Both the position numbers and the translations under genes were made by a program. This document shows, piece by piece, positions 15,449-28,024 of a stretch of 64,000 nucleotides of DNA (position 1 is its first letter; each line of letters begins with the position of its first letter). The notes beneath the pieces are model-generated. The model made no database searches. It was not told the DNA's origin and worked only from the letters and a program-made list of their open reading frames with translations. Where the stretch lies: contig CP144834.1 in NCBI GenBank assembly GCA_036689475.1, positions 67,739-131,738 on the forward strand, read 5' to 3'. Origin of the DNA: Candidatus Stammera capleta (GTDB taxonomy: Bacteria; Pseudomonadota; Gammaproteobacteria; Enterobacterales; Enterobacteriaceae).

Positions 15449-16606
15449 ATGAATTTATATTATTTTACTTCTGAATCAGTATCAGAAGGTCATCCAGACA
15501 AAGTTGCTGATCAGATATCTGATGCTGTTTTAGATTTTATTATTTCTAAAGATAAATTTGCTAAAGTAGCTTGTGAAACTTATATTAAAAATAATATTGT
15601 TGTAGTTGGAGGAGAAATAAATACATATGTATCTTTAAGTATAGAGAAGATTGTAAGAGATACTATAAAAGATATTGGTTATATTAATTTAAATGATTTT
15701 TTTAATTTTAATTCTTGTGTAATAATTAATATTATTAGTAAACAATCTTTAGATATATGTATGGGTATTAAAAAAAATAAATTTTCTGATCAAGGTGCAG
15801 GAGATCAAGGTATTATGTTTGGTTATGCAACGAATGAAACTGATGTTTATATGCCTGCTCCTATTTTATATGCTCATAGTTTAGTTAAAAGACAATCTGA
15901 ATTAAGAAAAAATAAAGTTTTATCTTGATTATGTCCTGATGCCAAAAGTCAGATAACATTTGTATATAATAAAAATGTAATAGTTGGAATAGATACAGTA
16001 GTATTTTCTACTCAACATTTAGATTATATTTCATATAGCGAATTAAAAGAAGCTATTATGGATGAAATTATATTTTATGTATTACCTAAAAAATGGTTAA
16101 ATAAAAATACTAAATATTTTATTAATCCTACAGGTAGGTTTGTTATTGGTGGACCTATGGGGGATTGTGGTTTAACAGGTAGAAAAATAATTGTTGATAC
16201 TTATGGTGGTATTTCTAGACATGGTGGTGGGGCATTTTCCGGTAAAGATCCTTCTAAAGTCGATAGATCTGGTGCATATATGGCTAGGTATATAGCTAAA
16301 AATATTGTTGCAGCTGGTTTAGCAGATAAATGTGAAATACAAATTTCTTATGCTATTGGTATAGCATTACCTACATCTATTATGATAAATACTTTTGGTA
16401 CTGAAAAAGTTTTATCACAAAAAATATTGGAAGCTGTAAATATTTTTTTTGATTTAAGACCTGGTAAAATTATTAAAAATTTAAATTTATTAAATCCTAT
16501 ATATTACAAAACTGCATCTTATGGACATTTTGGTAGAGAAGAATTTTCTTGAGAAAAAATAGATAAGGTTAATTTATTGTTGGATTTTTTTAATATTAAA
16601 AATTAA
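15449..16606 (+). CDS. metK: S-adenosylmethionine synthetase
   Basis: [62 protein letters not shown]. In-frame TGA at 15926-15928 and 16550-16552 (FSWEK). TAA at 16604-16606. 386 codons. Confidence 0.95.
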
Positions 16607-17193
16607 TTTTTATTAATAATATTTATCATATATTTAGCTTTTGGATATATTATATTAATATTGTTTTTATTTTTTAATATATTTGATATTTTTTGTTTAG
16701 ATTGTAATCTATTTGTTATTATTTTTTTTTTAGTTTTGTATATATTTTTTTTTATTTTATTTATGGATGTTTTTTTTTTGTATATTATATTATTGTTTTT
16801 TATATAACATATATGAATATCCATTATTGAATTATATATTATAATGTAATATTTTTTTTTTCTATATTTTATTTTATTTATTTTTTCTTTTATAATATTA
16901 AATGTATTTATTTTAATTAATTTAATGTTTTTATATTTTAAAGAAAATATTTGTGCTATATTTAATGATATATTTTTACTAATTATACTTCCTGGACCAT
17001 TATTAATTAAAAAATAGTTAATTTTTTTTAGATTAATTTTATTTTTTTTAATAATTTTTTTAATTAATATTAATATATTTTGATTATTTTTTTTTTTATT
17101 TATTTTTTTTTTAGTAAATATATTGTTATTATATTGTATAGCTACTGAATATAACTCGGTAGAAATATCTATAGATATAATGTTTTTTTTCAT
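16603..17193 (-). CDS. tsaB: tRNA t6A37 biosynthesis protein TsaB (YeaZ)
   Basis: 196 aa. IISIDISTELYSVAI and GPGSIISKNISLNIAQIFSL parallel E. coli TsaB ILAIDTATEACSVAL and [20 protein letters not shown]. Confidence 0.75.
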   Translation of the reverse strand: MKKNIISIDISTELYSVAIQYNNNIFTKKKINKKKNNQNILILIKKIIKKNKINLKKINYFLINNGPGSIISKNISLNIAQIFSLKYKNIKLIKINTFNIIKEKINKIKYRKKKYYIIIYNSIMDIHICYIKNNNIIYKKKTSINKIKKNIYKTKKKIITNRLQSKQKISNILKNKNNINIIYPKAKYMINIINKN

Positions 17194-17243
17194 AATTATT
17201 TAATTATTTTATAATAAAAGTTAATATTTTTTAAGATAGTAAC

Positions 17244-18290
17244 ATGAAAAAAATTAATTTGTTAGATTTAAATAGAAGTATGTTGAAAGATTTTTTTTTA
17301 AATTTAGGGGAAAAAGAATTTGTTGTTAAACAAATTATGTTTTGGATTTATAAAAAATTTTGTTTTAATTTTTTTTTAATGAATAATATTAGTAAAAATT
17401 TAAGGAATAAATTATTTTTTTTATCAGAGATTAAATTACCTAAAATATGTGACATTAAATATTCTATTGATGGAGTAATTAAATTAGTTTTAGATGTTAA
17501 TAATGATTTGATTGAAACTGTGTATATACCTGAAAGAAATAGAAGAACTTTATGTATTTCTAGTCAAGTGGGATGTCCAGTAAAATGTAGTTTTTGTGCT
17601 ACTGGTAAAATGAAATTTAAAAGAAATTTATTAGTTTCAGAAATAATAGGACAAATTTTATTAGTAATTAATTTTATTAAAAAAAAAATGTTATTATTAA
17701 AAAATAATAAATATATTACTAATATAGTTTTTATGGGTATGGGAGAACCTTTATTAAATTTTAATAATATTGTGGATTCTATAAAAATTATGTTAGATGA
17801 TTATGGTTTTTCTTTTTCTAGAAGAAAAATTGTATTATCTACTTCTGGAATTGTACCTTATATTTATAAATTAATAGGTGTAGTAGATGTAATAGTTACT
17901 TTATCATTACATGCTCCAAATAATTTATTAAGGAGTAAGATTATGTCTATTAATAATAGATATAATTTACATGATATACTTAAAGCAATGGATGCTTATA
18001 TAAAATATTCTCGTTCTAATAAAGGTAAATTAAATATTGAGTATATTATGTTGCATAATATTAATGATAGTTATAAATGTGCTAAACAATTAATATATTT
18101 ACTTAAAAATTTTTCTGTAAAAATTAATCTTATACCATATAATGGTTTATATAATAATTTTTATACTAAAAGTAGTTATGAAAAAATATTATGATTCCAT
18201 AATTTTTTAAAATCAAAGAATTTTTTTTCTTTTATTAGAAAAACTAGAGGTTTAGATATTAATGCTTCTTGTGGTCAATTATTTAAATAA
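17244..18290 (+). CDS. rlmN: 23S rRNA/tRNA m2A methyltransferase RlmN (radical SAM)
   Basis: CISSQVGCPVKCSFCATG radical-SAM cluster, GMGEPLLN. Extends through TGA 18192-18194 to TAA 18288-18290 (…RGLDINASCGQLFK). Confidence 0.9.
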
Positions 18291-18319
18291 TATTAATTTT
18301 AATTAATAATTCAATTTTT

Positions 18320-18736
18320 ATGAATAACAAAAAATTAAATTCTTTAGGTAAAATTTTAGTTAAGTATAGAAAAATATTGAATTTTACTCAAAAAGATATT
18401 TCTAAAAAATTATGTTTAAAGTTAGATTTAATTCGTGATATAGAGAAAGATGTATTTCCTGTAAATATTCCTTGAGTATTTTATTGTGGTTATATATATT
18501 CTTATGCTCGTTTAGTAAAAGTTTCTAAAAAAAAAATAGTTTTTTTTTTAGAAAAACATGAAGATAAAAATTATTATATTTCTAATCAATTGATTAAAAG
18601 AAAAGTAAATCAAAATATATTATTTAATAATGTTTTTTTTTTATTAATTAAATATTTATTATTATTTTTTTCTTTTTATTTATTTTTAAAGTTTTTAAAG
18701 TTTTTTTTATATAAAATATTTAATAATTATTTTTAA
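18320..18736 (+). CDS. rodZ: Cytoskeleton protein RodZ, truncated to the HTH plus transmembrane part
   Basis: Hand-translated, 138 aa. The N-terminal HTH (LGKILVKYRKILNFTQKDISKKL) is followed by a hydrophobic tail. Its position between rlmN and hisS matches E. coli. Confidence 0.6.
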
Positions 18737-18749
18737 AAATTTTATTTTT

Positions 18750-20036
18750 ATGAGTAAATTATTAGTTAAATCTGTTAAAGGTATGCATGATTGTATTCCA
18801 AATGATATTTTAATATATAGAAATATAGAAAGTATTTTTAAAATATTAATGAAGATTTATTGTTTTCAGGAAATTAGATTACCTATTATAGAAAAAACTT
18901 CTTTGTTTAATAGAAGTTTAGGGTTATACAATAATATTGTAAGTAAAGAAATGTATTCTTTTGTAGATCGTAATGGATTAAATTTAAGTTTAAGACCTGA
19001 AGGTACAGCAGGGTGTTTACGTGCTTATATACAAAATAATTTATTTTCTAATAAAATTTTGAATAAATTATGATATTTAGGACCTATGTTTAGATATGAA
19101 AATACTCAAAAAGGTAGATTTCGCCAATTTTATCAAATAGGAGTAGAAGTATTTGGATATAAAAATATTAGTATTGATATAGAATTAATATTAATAATAA
19201 AAAAATTATGGGAAAAATTAGGTGTAGTAAATTTATTAAATTTAGAAATTAATTGTATTGGTTCTATAAAAGATAGAAATAAATATTTAGTAAATATTAA
19301 AAAAGTAATATATAATAAAAAAAATGGAGTTTTAAATAATTTGGATTTCAATAAAATAAATTTTTTTAGATTATTAGATAGTAAAAATAAAAAAATTAAA
19401 GATTTTTGTAATAATTTACCAAGAATAATAGATTTTGTTAATTGTGATTCTTTATATAGTTTTAAAAAATTATGTAAAAATTTAACTATTTTAGGTATTA
19501 ATTATAAAATTAATTATAAATTAGTTCGTGGTTTAGATTATTATAATGATTTTGTTTTTGAATGAACTATTAATTATGGAGGTAAAAAATCTATTTGTTC
19601 TGGAGGTAGATATGATAATTTATCTAAACATTTGTCAAAATTTTCTATTCCTGCAGTAGGTTTTGCTATAGGTTTAGATAGATTAGTTGATTTATTAAAA
19701 GATAGTAATAAAAATATTTTTATTAATAAAAATAATATTGATGTATATATTATATCTTCTTTTAATAATAAAAGTAAAATATTAGGTATTAAAATTATGG
19801 AAAAAATTTTTGATTATTTTTATGATTCTGTTTCAATATATAATGATTATAGTGAATATAAAAATTTAGGTAAAAAAATTTCTAAAATAATAAAATTAAA
19901 ACCACGTATTATTATTATTATTGATAAGAATGAAATAATTAATAATTTTATAACTATAAAAAATGTTTTTTTAAATGTACAAAAAAAAGTTTTTTTTAAA
20001 GATATAATTAATACGGTAATAAATTTTTTAAAGTAA
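18750..20036 (+). CDS. hisS: Histidyl-tRNA synthetase
   Basis: Four ORF pieces in one frame. VKGMHD, LRPEGTAG, GPMFRYENTQKGRFRQFYQIGVEVFG, GGRYD. 429 codons. Confidence 0.9.
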
Positions 20037-20069
20037 TTATTATAAATTTAATTTTTGAAATATATTTAA

Positions 20070-21470
20070 ATGTTTACTTTTTTATTAGTTGGTAATACTA
20101 ATGTAGGTAAAACAAGTTTTTTTAATTGATTAACAAAAACAAATTTAGCTATTAATAATAATATAAGTAATTTTACTTATGATTTTAATTATGGTATTTT
20201 TAATTTTAAAAATAAATATTTTATCTGTATAGATACATTTAGTATTTATAATTTAAAATTATTTAAAAAAAAAAATTTTAAATTTAAAAAAAATAGATTA
20301 ATTTATGAAAATTTTCTTTATGTAATAAAAAATATTGATATTATTTGTTTATTGATTGATTTTAGTGTTGGAATAAATGAAAATGATGTTTTTTTTTCAA
20401 ATTTTTTTTTAAAAAATATAAAAAAAAAAGTTGTTTTATTAATTAATAAAATAGATTTATGTAATGATTATTATTTAAATTTAAATAATTATCGTTATTT
20501 AGGAATAGATTTAATTTATCCTATATCTGTTTTGAACAGCAAAGGTATTGTTTTTTTTTTAAATGATATTATATTTAAAAAAAATATATTAATAAAAAAT
20601 AAATGTACTTTTTATAAGAAAATTATTTTTTTTTGTATTAATTTAGATAAATATAATTTTATTTTAAAAAAATTACATAATTATTTATATAATAATTATA
20701 TTAAAATAGTTATTTTAGGTAAACCTAATGTTGGTAAGTCTACTTTTATAAATTTTATAGTAGGTAATAATAGATCTATTATATCTTCTAAATCGGGTAC
20801 TACTAAAGATTTTATAACATGTTATATAAATATTGATAATAATAATTATATAATTAGTGATTCACCAGGTTTAAATAAATTTACTGAAAAATTATATATT
20901 AAAAATAAATATTTCTTTTTAAATAAGATTTTTGAATTTAAAGTAATTTTTTATTTAGTAGATATTAATATGGGTTTAACTAAATATGATTTAGTTTTAT
21001 TAAATTTGTTTTTAAAATATGGTAAAATAGTAACGTTGATTTTTAATAAATGTGAATTATATAATAAATTATATTTAATTAAATATAAAAAATATATTTT
21101 ATCTAAATATAATTTTATAAATTATTTAAATATTTATTTTATATCTGCTATTAATTTAAAAATTAAAGATATATCAATTTTGTTTAAAAAATTGGTTTTT
21201 GATTATAAAAATATATTTTTAAATAAATTTACTAGTTTAAAATTAACTAAGTTTTTAAAAAAATCAATTATTAAATTTTATGGTGAATTTAAAGAATCAA
21301 TTAAATTAAAATATGCTCATATGGGTGGTTATTATCCTTTTACAATTGTTATACATGGTAAAAGAATAAATTTATTAAGTTATTCTTATAAAAGATATTT
21401 AATGAATTTTTATTTAAAAAAATTACAATTTAAAGGTTGTAAAATTTTTTTAAAGTTTAAAGAAATTTAA
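20070..21470 (+). CDS. der: Ribosome-assembly GTPase Der (EngA)
   Basis: Two G domains: LVGNTNVGKTSFFNW (TGA=Trp) and ILGKPNVGKSTFIN. ATG 20070 is in frame with ORF 20352..21470. Confidence 0.85.
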
Positions 21471-21499
21471 TTTTTCTAATAAAAAAGTATAAATTATTA

Positions 21500-21865
21500 T
21501 TTTAAATTTTCAATCGCTATATTTAGATAGAGGAAAGTCTGGACTCCTAGGATAGAATGCCAGGTAATAACTGGAAAATTAATTTTTATGAAAAGTACAA
21601 CAGAAAATAACCGCTTTTAATGTTTATTGTATTAAAAGTAAGGATGAAAAAGTATGGTAAGAGCATACTATATTTTATAGTAATATAAAATATGTGTAAA
21701 CTCCATTTGGAGAAAGGTTAAATTAGATATTTAGATATGTTTTTAAAAACGTACTTATCCTTACGGATATTTAAATATCATGGTAAACCGATTGAGTTAT
21801 TAAGTGATTAATAACCTAGATAAATGATTGTTAAAACAGAATCCGGCTTATATAGTTTAATATAT
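21500..21865 (+). ncRNA. rnpB: RNase P RNA (bacterial type A, M1 RNA)
   Basis: Conserved core blocks stand out from the AT background: GAGGAAAGTCTGGACTCC, ACAGAAAATAACCGC, GGTAAGAGCA, GTAAACTCCA, and the 3' ACAGAATCCGGCTTAT. All are collinear with E. coli M1 RNA. The ends are approximate and set by P1/P2 pairing. Confidence 0.9.
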
Positions 21866-22069
21866 ATTATATTTTTAGAGTTAGTTTTTTTTAAATTTAT
21901 GTTTTATATTATTTTATATTTTTTTAAAAAAAAATATTCTAATTTTTTTATAAAAAAATTATTTTTTAAAATATGTACAAATGTAATAATATATTTGTTT
22001 TAAGAATTTTTTTAAAAATATATTATTTAATATAATAATATATAATTATTAATGATAATATAAATTTTT

Positions 22070-23449
22070 ATGTTAAAAATTTTTAATACTTTAAGTAGGA
22101 AAAAAGAATTATTTAAATCTATTACAAATAAGTTAGTTAATATATATGTGTGTGGTATTACAGTTTCTAATTATTGTCATATAGGACATGGACGTACTTT
22201 TTATTTTTTTGATATTTTAGTAAATTATTTAAAACATATTGGATATAAATGTAATTATATACGTAATATTACAGATATAGATAGTAAATTAATTAAAAAA
22301 TCTTTTAAAGAAAATATTTCTTTTAAAAAAATATTTAATAATATGATTTTAAGTATGTATAAAGATTTTGATTCTTTAAATTTATCTGTTCCTAATTTTG
22401 AACCTAAAGTTACTGATAATATAAAATTAATAATTAGTGAAATTAGTAAATTAATTAAAAATAATTTTGCATATATTAATATTAGTGGAGATGTATGTTT
22501 TTCAATTAAAAAATATTTAACTAATAATAGTTTTTTTTTTAATAGAAATATTAAAAATATAAATAGTGATTTTGTTTTATGAAAAATAAATAAAAATAAT
22601 ATTAATTATGGATGATTTTCTCCTTGAGGAAAAGGAATACCTGGATGGCATATAGCATGTTCAGTAATGAGTAATAAATATTTAAGTTATAATATTGATA
22701 TACATGGTGGTGGTTGTGATTTAATATTTCCTCATCATGAAAATGATTTAATACAATCTAAGTGTTTATATGGTGAAAAATATTTATCTAATTACTGAGT
22801 ACATACTGGTATGGTATTAAATTTTAAAGGCAATAAATTATCTAAATCAAGTATTAGTGATGTATATTGATTAAGTGATTTATTAAATTTATATCATGTA
22901 GATATAATTAAATTATTTTTTATGTCTACTCATTATAGAAAAAATTTAAATTTTAATATTTTAGATTTAGAAAAATGTAAAATATGTATTAATAAATTAT
23001 ATTTATGTTTAGATGATTTAAATTTAAATATTTTTTTAAATAAAAAAGATTTTTTAGATTTTAAAGAATTTGATGATTTATTTTATAATTTTATGAATAA
23101 TGATTTAAATATTCCTAAAGTATATACATTAATTTTTCATATGATGCATGAAATTAATAAATTTAAATCTAGTAATCGTTTATTAGCTAGTAAATTAGCA
23201 TGTAAAATGCGTTATTTTTCTAATATTATTGGAATATTAAATTGTGATGTTTCTTTATATTTAAGAAATATAGATAGTAATAAAAAAAATAAAATTATTA
23301 AAAAAATTAAGAGATTAATTAGAGTAAGAAATTTAGCTCGTAAGAAAAAAAAATGAAATATAGCTGATTTGTTACGTAATAAATTACGTAAATTAAATGT
23401 TTTAGTAAAAGATAAAAAAAATTTTATTTCAGATTGATATTTAAAGTAA
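22070..23449 (+). CDS. cysS: Cysteinyl-tRNA synthetase
   Basis: [17 protein letters not shown] (HIGH), [26 protein letters not shown]. Single frame through TGAs to TAA 23447-23449. 460 codons. Confidence 0.9.
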
Positions 23450-24301
23450 TTTTTTATTATTTTTTATGTATATTTTAATAATATTTTTTAGTAGTATTGA
23501 TATAGTCATTAATCCAATACCACCTGGTGTGGGAGTAATGTATTTAGCTATTTTTTTTGCTTCTAAAAAATTTATATCTCCTACTATTTTATTATTTATT
23601 TTATTTATTCCTATATCTATTATTATGGAGTTTTTTTTTATCCAATGTGTAGGATAAGCATTATATTTACCAATTGCACTAATTAATAAATCAGTATTTT
23701 TAATATATTTTTTAATATTTTTAGTTTTTCTATTTGATAATGTTACTGTACATCCTAAGTTAATTAGTTCCATACTCATAGGTTTGCCTACTAAGTTTGA
23801 TGTACCAATTATTAAAGCATTTAAACCTACTAATTTTATTTTATTTAGTTTTAATAATTTTATTACTCCTTGTGAAGTACATGGATGTATTACAGGATCT
23901 CCTTGAGATAATTTACCTATATTAATAGCATGTAGACCATCTACATCTTTTTTAGGATTTATTTTATTGATTATTTTATTTGTATTTAAATGTTTTGGTA
24001 TAGGTAATTGAATAAGTAAGCAATCAATTTTTTTATTTTTATTTATTTTTTTTATTGTTTTAATTATTTTTTTTTCTTTTGTTTTTTTTTTAAATTTTTT
24101 AATTTTATATTTTATACCTACATAGTTAAAATTTTTGCATTTTTCTTTTATATATATATTTGATGTAATATTGTTACCAATATTTATAATTAGTATTTTA
24201 GGTTTTCTTTTATATATTTTTTTTAGTAAGTAAATTTTTTTTTTAATTTTATTTCTTATTTTTTTTAAATATATATTTCCATATAGTATTTTACAATTCA
24301 T
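23441..24301 (-). CDS. folD: Bifunctional methylenetetrahydrofolate dehydrogenase/cyclohydrolase
   Basis: 286 aa. LIQLPIPKHL, DVDGLH, PCTSQG, GTSNLVGKPM, TPTPGGIGLMT. Confidence 0.9.
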   Translation of the reverse strand: MNCKILYGNIYLKKIRNKIKKKIYLLKKIYKRKPKILIINIGNNITSNIYIKEKCKNFNYVGIKYKIKKFKKKTKEKKIIKTIKKINKNKKIDCLLIQLPIPKHLNTNKIINKINPKKDVDGLHAINIGKLSQGDPVIHPCTSQGVIKLLKLNKIKLVGLNALIIGTSNLVGKPMSMELINLGCTVTLSNRKTKNIKKYIKNTDLLISAIGKYNAYPTHWIKKNSIIIDIGINKINNKIVGDINFLEAKKIAKYITPTPGGIGLMTISILLKNIIKIYIKNNKKLL

Positions 24302-24347
24302 TATTTAATTGACTTTATAAATATATTAGTGTTAATATTATTTTATT

Positions 24348-24421
24348 ACGCTCTTAGCTCAGTTGGATAGAGCAACAGCCTTCTAAGCTGTAGGTCACAG
24401 GTTCAAATCCTGTAGGGCGTG
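24348..24421 (+). tRNA. argU: tRNA-Arg, anticodon UCU (reads AGA/AGG); 3' CCA not encoded
   Basis: 74-nt cloverleaf folded by hand. Acceptor ACGCTCT/AGGGCGT, D arm GCTC-AGTTGGATA-GAGC, anticodon arm ACAGC-CTTCTAA-GCTGT, T arm ACAGG-TTCAAAT-CCTGT, discriminator G followed by TTA. Close to E. coli argU. Confidence 0.92.
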
Positions 24422-24440
24422 TTAATTTAATATATAAGAT

Positions 24441-26783
24441 TTATTTTTTTATAAATATTTTTTTTTTAAAAGATAGTTTTAAAATTTCTTTAATATTTTT
24501 GACTGTATATATTTTAAGATTTTTAGTTATATTTTTATTTATTTCTTCTAAATCTTTTTTATTTTCTTTAGGAATAATTACTTTTTTAATTCCTCCTCTT
24601 AATGCAGCTAAGAGTTTTTCTTTTAAACCACCTATGGGTAGTATATTTCCATATAAAGTAATTTCTCCAGTCATTGCTATATTAGATTTTATTTTATTTT
24701 TAGTTAAACTTGATATTATTGATGTACAAATTGTAACTCCTGCACTTGGACCATCTTTAGGTGTTGCTCCTTCAGGAATATGTATATGTATATCATTTTT
24801 ATTATAAAAATTTTTATCAATTTTAATTGTTTTAATTAATGTTCTTACTACAGTTAAAGCAATTTTAATAGATTCTTGCATTACTTCACCTAAAGAACCT
24901 GTGTATGTTAATTTACCTTTTCCGGGTATACATATAGATTCTATATTAATAATTTCTCCTCCTGTTTCAGTTCAAGCTAATCCTGTTACTTGACCTATAG
25001 GATTTCTTTTTTTTATTTTTTCATAATTATATTTTTTAATTCCTAAATATTTTTTTAAATTTCTTAAATTTACTTTAATTGATTTACATTTTTTATTTAC
25101 TGTAATTTTTTTAACTGTTTTTCTACATATTTTAGATATTTCTCTTTCTAGTGATCTTACACCAGCTTCTCTAGTATAGTATCTAATAATATTTGTAATT
25201 ACTTTTTTACTTATAGATATTTCTTTATTTTTTAAAAAATTATTTTTGATTTGTTTTGGAATTAAATATTTTTTAGCTATGTTTAATTTTTCATTTTCTG
25301 TATATCCTACTAATTTTATTATTTCCATACGATCTAATAATGGCGGTGAAATATTATTTATTGAATTAGCAGTAGCTATAAACATTATATTAGAAAGATC
25401 ATATTCTATTTCTATATAATGATCATTAAACATATTGTTTTGTTCTGTATCTAGTACTTCTAGTAATGCTGATGAAGGATCTCCTCTCATATCAGAAGAT
25501 ATTTTATCAATTTCATCTAATAAAAATAATGGATTAATAACCTTTGATTTAGATATTTTTTGTATAATTTTACCTGGCATAGATCCTATATATGTTTTTC
25601 TATGTCCTCTAATTTCTGCTTCATCTCTAATACCTCCTAATGATATTTTAATGTATTTTCTTCCTGTTGCTTTAGAAATTGATTTACCTAATGATGTTTT
25701 ACCTACACCAGGAGGTCCTATAAAACATAATATTGGTCCTTTAACTTTATTAGATCTGTTTTGTACAGCTAAATATTCTAAAATTCTTTCTTTTATATGA
25801 TTTAATCCATAATGATCTTTATCTAGAATTTTTTGTGCATCGTTTAAATTTTTTTTTATTTTACTTTTTTTATATCATGGTATTTGTATTATTCAATCTA
25901 TATAATTTCTTATTACAGTTGCTTCTGCTGATAAAGGAGACATTAATTTTAGTTTTTTTAGTTCTATTTTTGTTTTTTTTTTTATTTTTTTTGGTATTTT
26001 TGTATTTTTAAATTTTTTTTGTATTGTTTTATATTCATTTAATGAATTAATATCTCCTAATTCTTTTTGTATTGCTTTAATTTGTTCGTTTAAATAATAT
26101 TCTTTTTGACTTTTCTCCATTTGTTTTTTTATTCTACTACGTATTTTTTTTTCTATTTTAAGAATATTAATTTCTGATTCTATTACAGATATTAGATATT
26201 CTAATCTTTTATTAATATCAATTATTTCTAGAATATGTTGTTTTTTTTTTAATTTTAATGGAATATGAGTAGCTATAGTATCTGCTAATTTAATAGGATT
26301 ATTAATATTATTTAGAGAATTTAATATTTCTATAGGAATTTTTTTACTTAGTTTTATATAATATTCAAATTGATTAATTAATGTTTTTGTAATAATTTCC
26401 TGTTCTTTTTTGTTTATTTTTAATTCATGAATTTTTTTTATTAATGCAATAAAATATTTACCTTTATCTTGTATTTCTATTATTTTAGCTCTTTCTAGTC
26501 CTTCAACTAAAATTTTTATTGTACCATCAGGTAATTTAAGTACTTGAAGTATAGAAGATACAGTACCAACTTTAAATAAATCATTTACATTAGGTTCATT
26601 ATTTGATGCTTTTTTTTGAGCTACTAAAAGAATTTTTTTATTTTGTTGCATAGATAATTCTAAACAAAATATAGATTTTTTACGTCCTATAAATAAAGGA
26701 ACAATCATATTAGGATATACTACTATATCACGTAGTGGTAAAATTAGGATCTCAGTATTTTTTTGAGATCTTTTTAGATGCAT
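24441..26783 (-). CDS. lon: ATP-dependent protease Lon
   Basis: Three ORF pieces in one frame (781 codons). [28 protein letters not shown] (on the antisense shadow ORF), [10 protein letters not shown] (catalytic Ser). Confidence 0.95.
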
Positions 26784-26794
26784 ATTTTGACCTC

Positions 26795-28012
26795 TTATTT
26801 AGTATTTTTTTTATATATTATATTAGGTTTAGTTTTTTTATTTATAACATTTTTATTTATTATTATTTTTTTAACATCTTCCATTGAAGGTATATTATAC
26901 ATTAAATTTATTAATATATCTTCTAATATATTTTTTAATCCTCTAGCTCCTATTTTTTTTTTAATTGTTTTTTTAGATATTTGTATTAAAGATTTTTTTG
27001 TAAATATTAAATTTATTTTATATAATTTAAATATATTTTTATAATATTTAATTATTGAATTTTTAGGTTTTATTAATATTTCTTGTAAGTTTTTTTCATT
27101 TAATTTGTTTAAATGTGTTACTATAGAAAATCTTCCTATAAATTCTGGTATTAAACCATAATTTATTAAGTCTTGTGTTTCTATTTTATTTTTTTTTTTT
27201 TTTTTAAAATTATTTATAAATCCTAAATTATTTGTATTTAATCTTGTGTTAATTATTTTATTAATTCCAATAAATGTTCCACTACATATAAATAGAATAT
27301 TTGTAGTATCAATTTGTATATTTTCTTGATGAGGATGTTTTCTACCTCCATATCTTGGTACTGATGATATTGTACCTTCAATTATTTTTAATAAAGATTG
27401 TTGAACTCCTTCTCCGGAAACATCTCTGGTAATAGATAAATTAATTGATTTTTTAGATATTTTATCAATTTCATCTATAAATATAATACCGTATTGAGCT
27501 TTTTGAATATTAAAATCGCATTTTTGTAATAATCTGTATAATATATTTTCTACATCTTCACCTACATAACCTGCTTCTGTTAAAGTAGTAGCATCAGTAA
27601 TAACAATTGGTATATCAATTATTTTTGATATAGTTTTTGCTATTAATGTTTTTCCTGTACCAGTTGGTCCAACCATTAATATATTAGATTTATTAGAAAA
27701 ATAGTTTTTTGGATGATTTTTAGCTTCGTGAATAATTTTATAATGATTGTATATAGATGTTGATAATATTTTTTTAGTTGTATTTTGCCCTATAATGTAT
27801 TTATCTAATTTTTTTTTTATTTTTTTTGGTGTATATTTTATAATATTTGGTAGATATTTTGTTTTGTTTTCGTTATTTGGTTGGTTAATTGTATTAAATT
27901 TTGTTATACATTCATTACATATAAATGAGTTTTTACCAATAATTATTTTTTTAACTTGATATTTAGATTTTTGACAAAAAGAACAATTTATATTGAAATT
28001 ATTTGTTTTCAT
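26795..28012 (-). CDS. clpX: ATP-dependent Clp protease ATP-binding subunit ClpX
   Basis: 405 aa. N-terminal zinc module CSFCQK…[30 protein letters not shown]. Confidence 0.95.
   Translation of the reverse strand: MKTNNFNINCSFCQKSKYQVKKIIIGKNSFICNECITKFNTINQPNNENKTKYLPNIIKYTPKKIKKKLDKYIIGQNTTKKILSTSIYNHYKIIHEAKNHPKNYFSNKSNILMVGPTGTGKTLIAKTISKIIDIPIVITDATTLTEAGYVGEDVENILYRLLQKCDFNIQKAQYGIIFIDEIDKISKKSINLSITRDVSGEGVQQSLLKIIEGTISSVPRYGGRKHPHQENIQIDTTNILFICSGTFIGINKIINTRLNTNNLGFINNFKKKKKNKIETQDLINYGLIPEFIGRFSIVTHLNKLNEKNLQEILIKPKNSIIKYYKNIFKLYKINLIFTKKSLIQISKKTIKKKIGARGLKNILEDILINLMYNIPSMEDVKKIIINKNVINKKTKPNIIYKKNTK
27189..27205. repeat. T17 homopolymer inside clpX (A17 on the coding strand, encoding KKKKKN in frame)
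   Basis: Counted directly. Comparable runs are A15 at 37377-37391 (hemW), T16 at 41597-41612 (mutM) and A12 at 30729-30740 (serS). Confidence 0.95.
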
Positions 28013-28024
28013 ATTTTTAATATA

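Noticed and set aside
21900-22004. 34-codon ORF (MFYIILYFFKKKYSNFF…) in the rnpB-cysS spacer.
   Set aside because: It is short and low-complexity, with no SD and no motif. This is within chance expectation.
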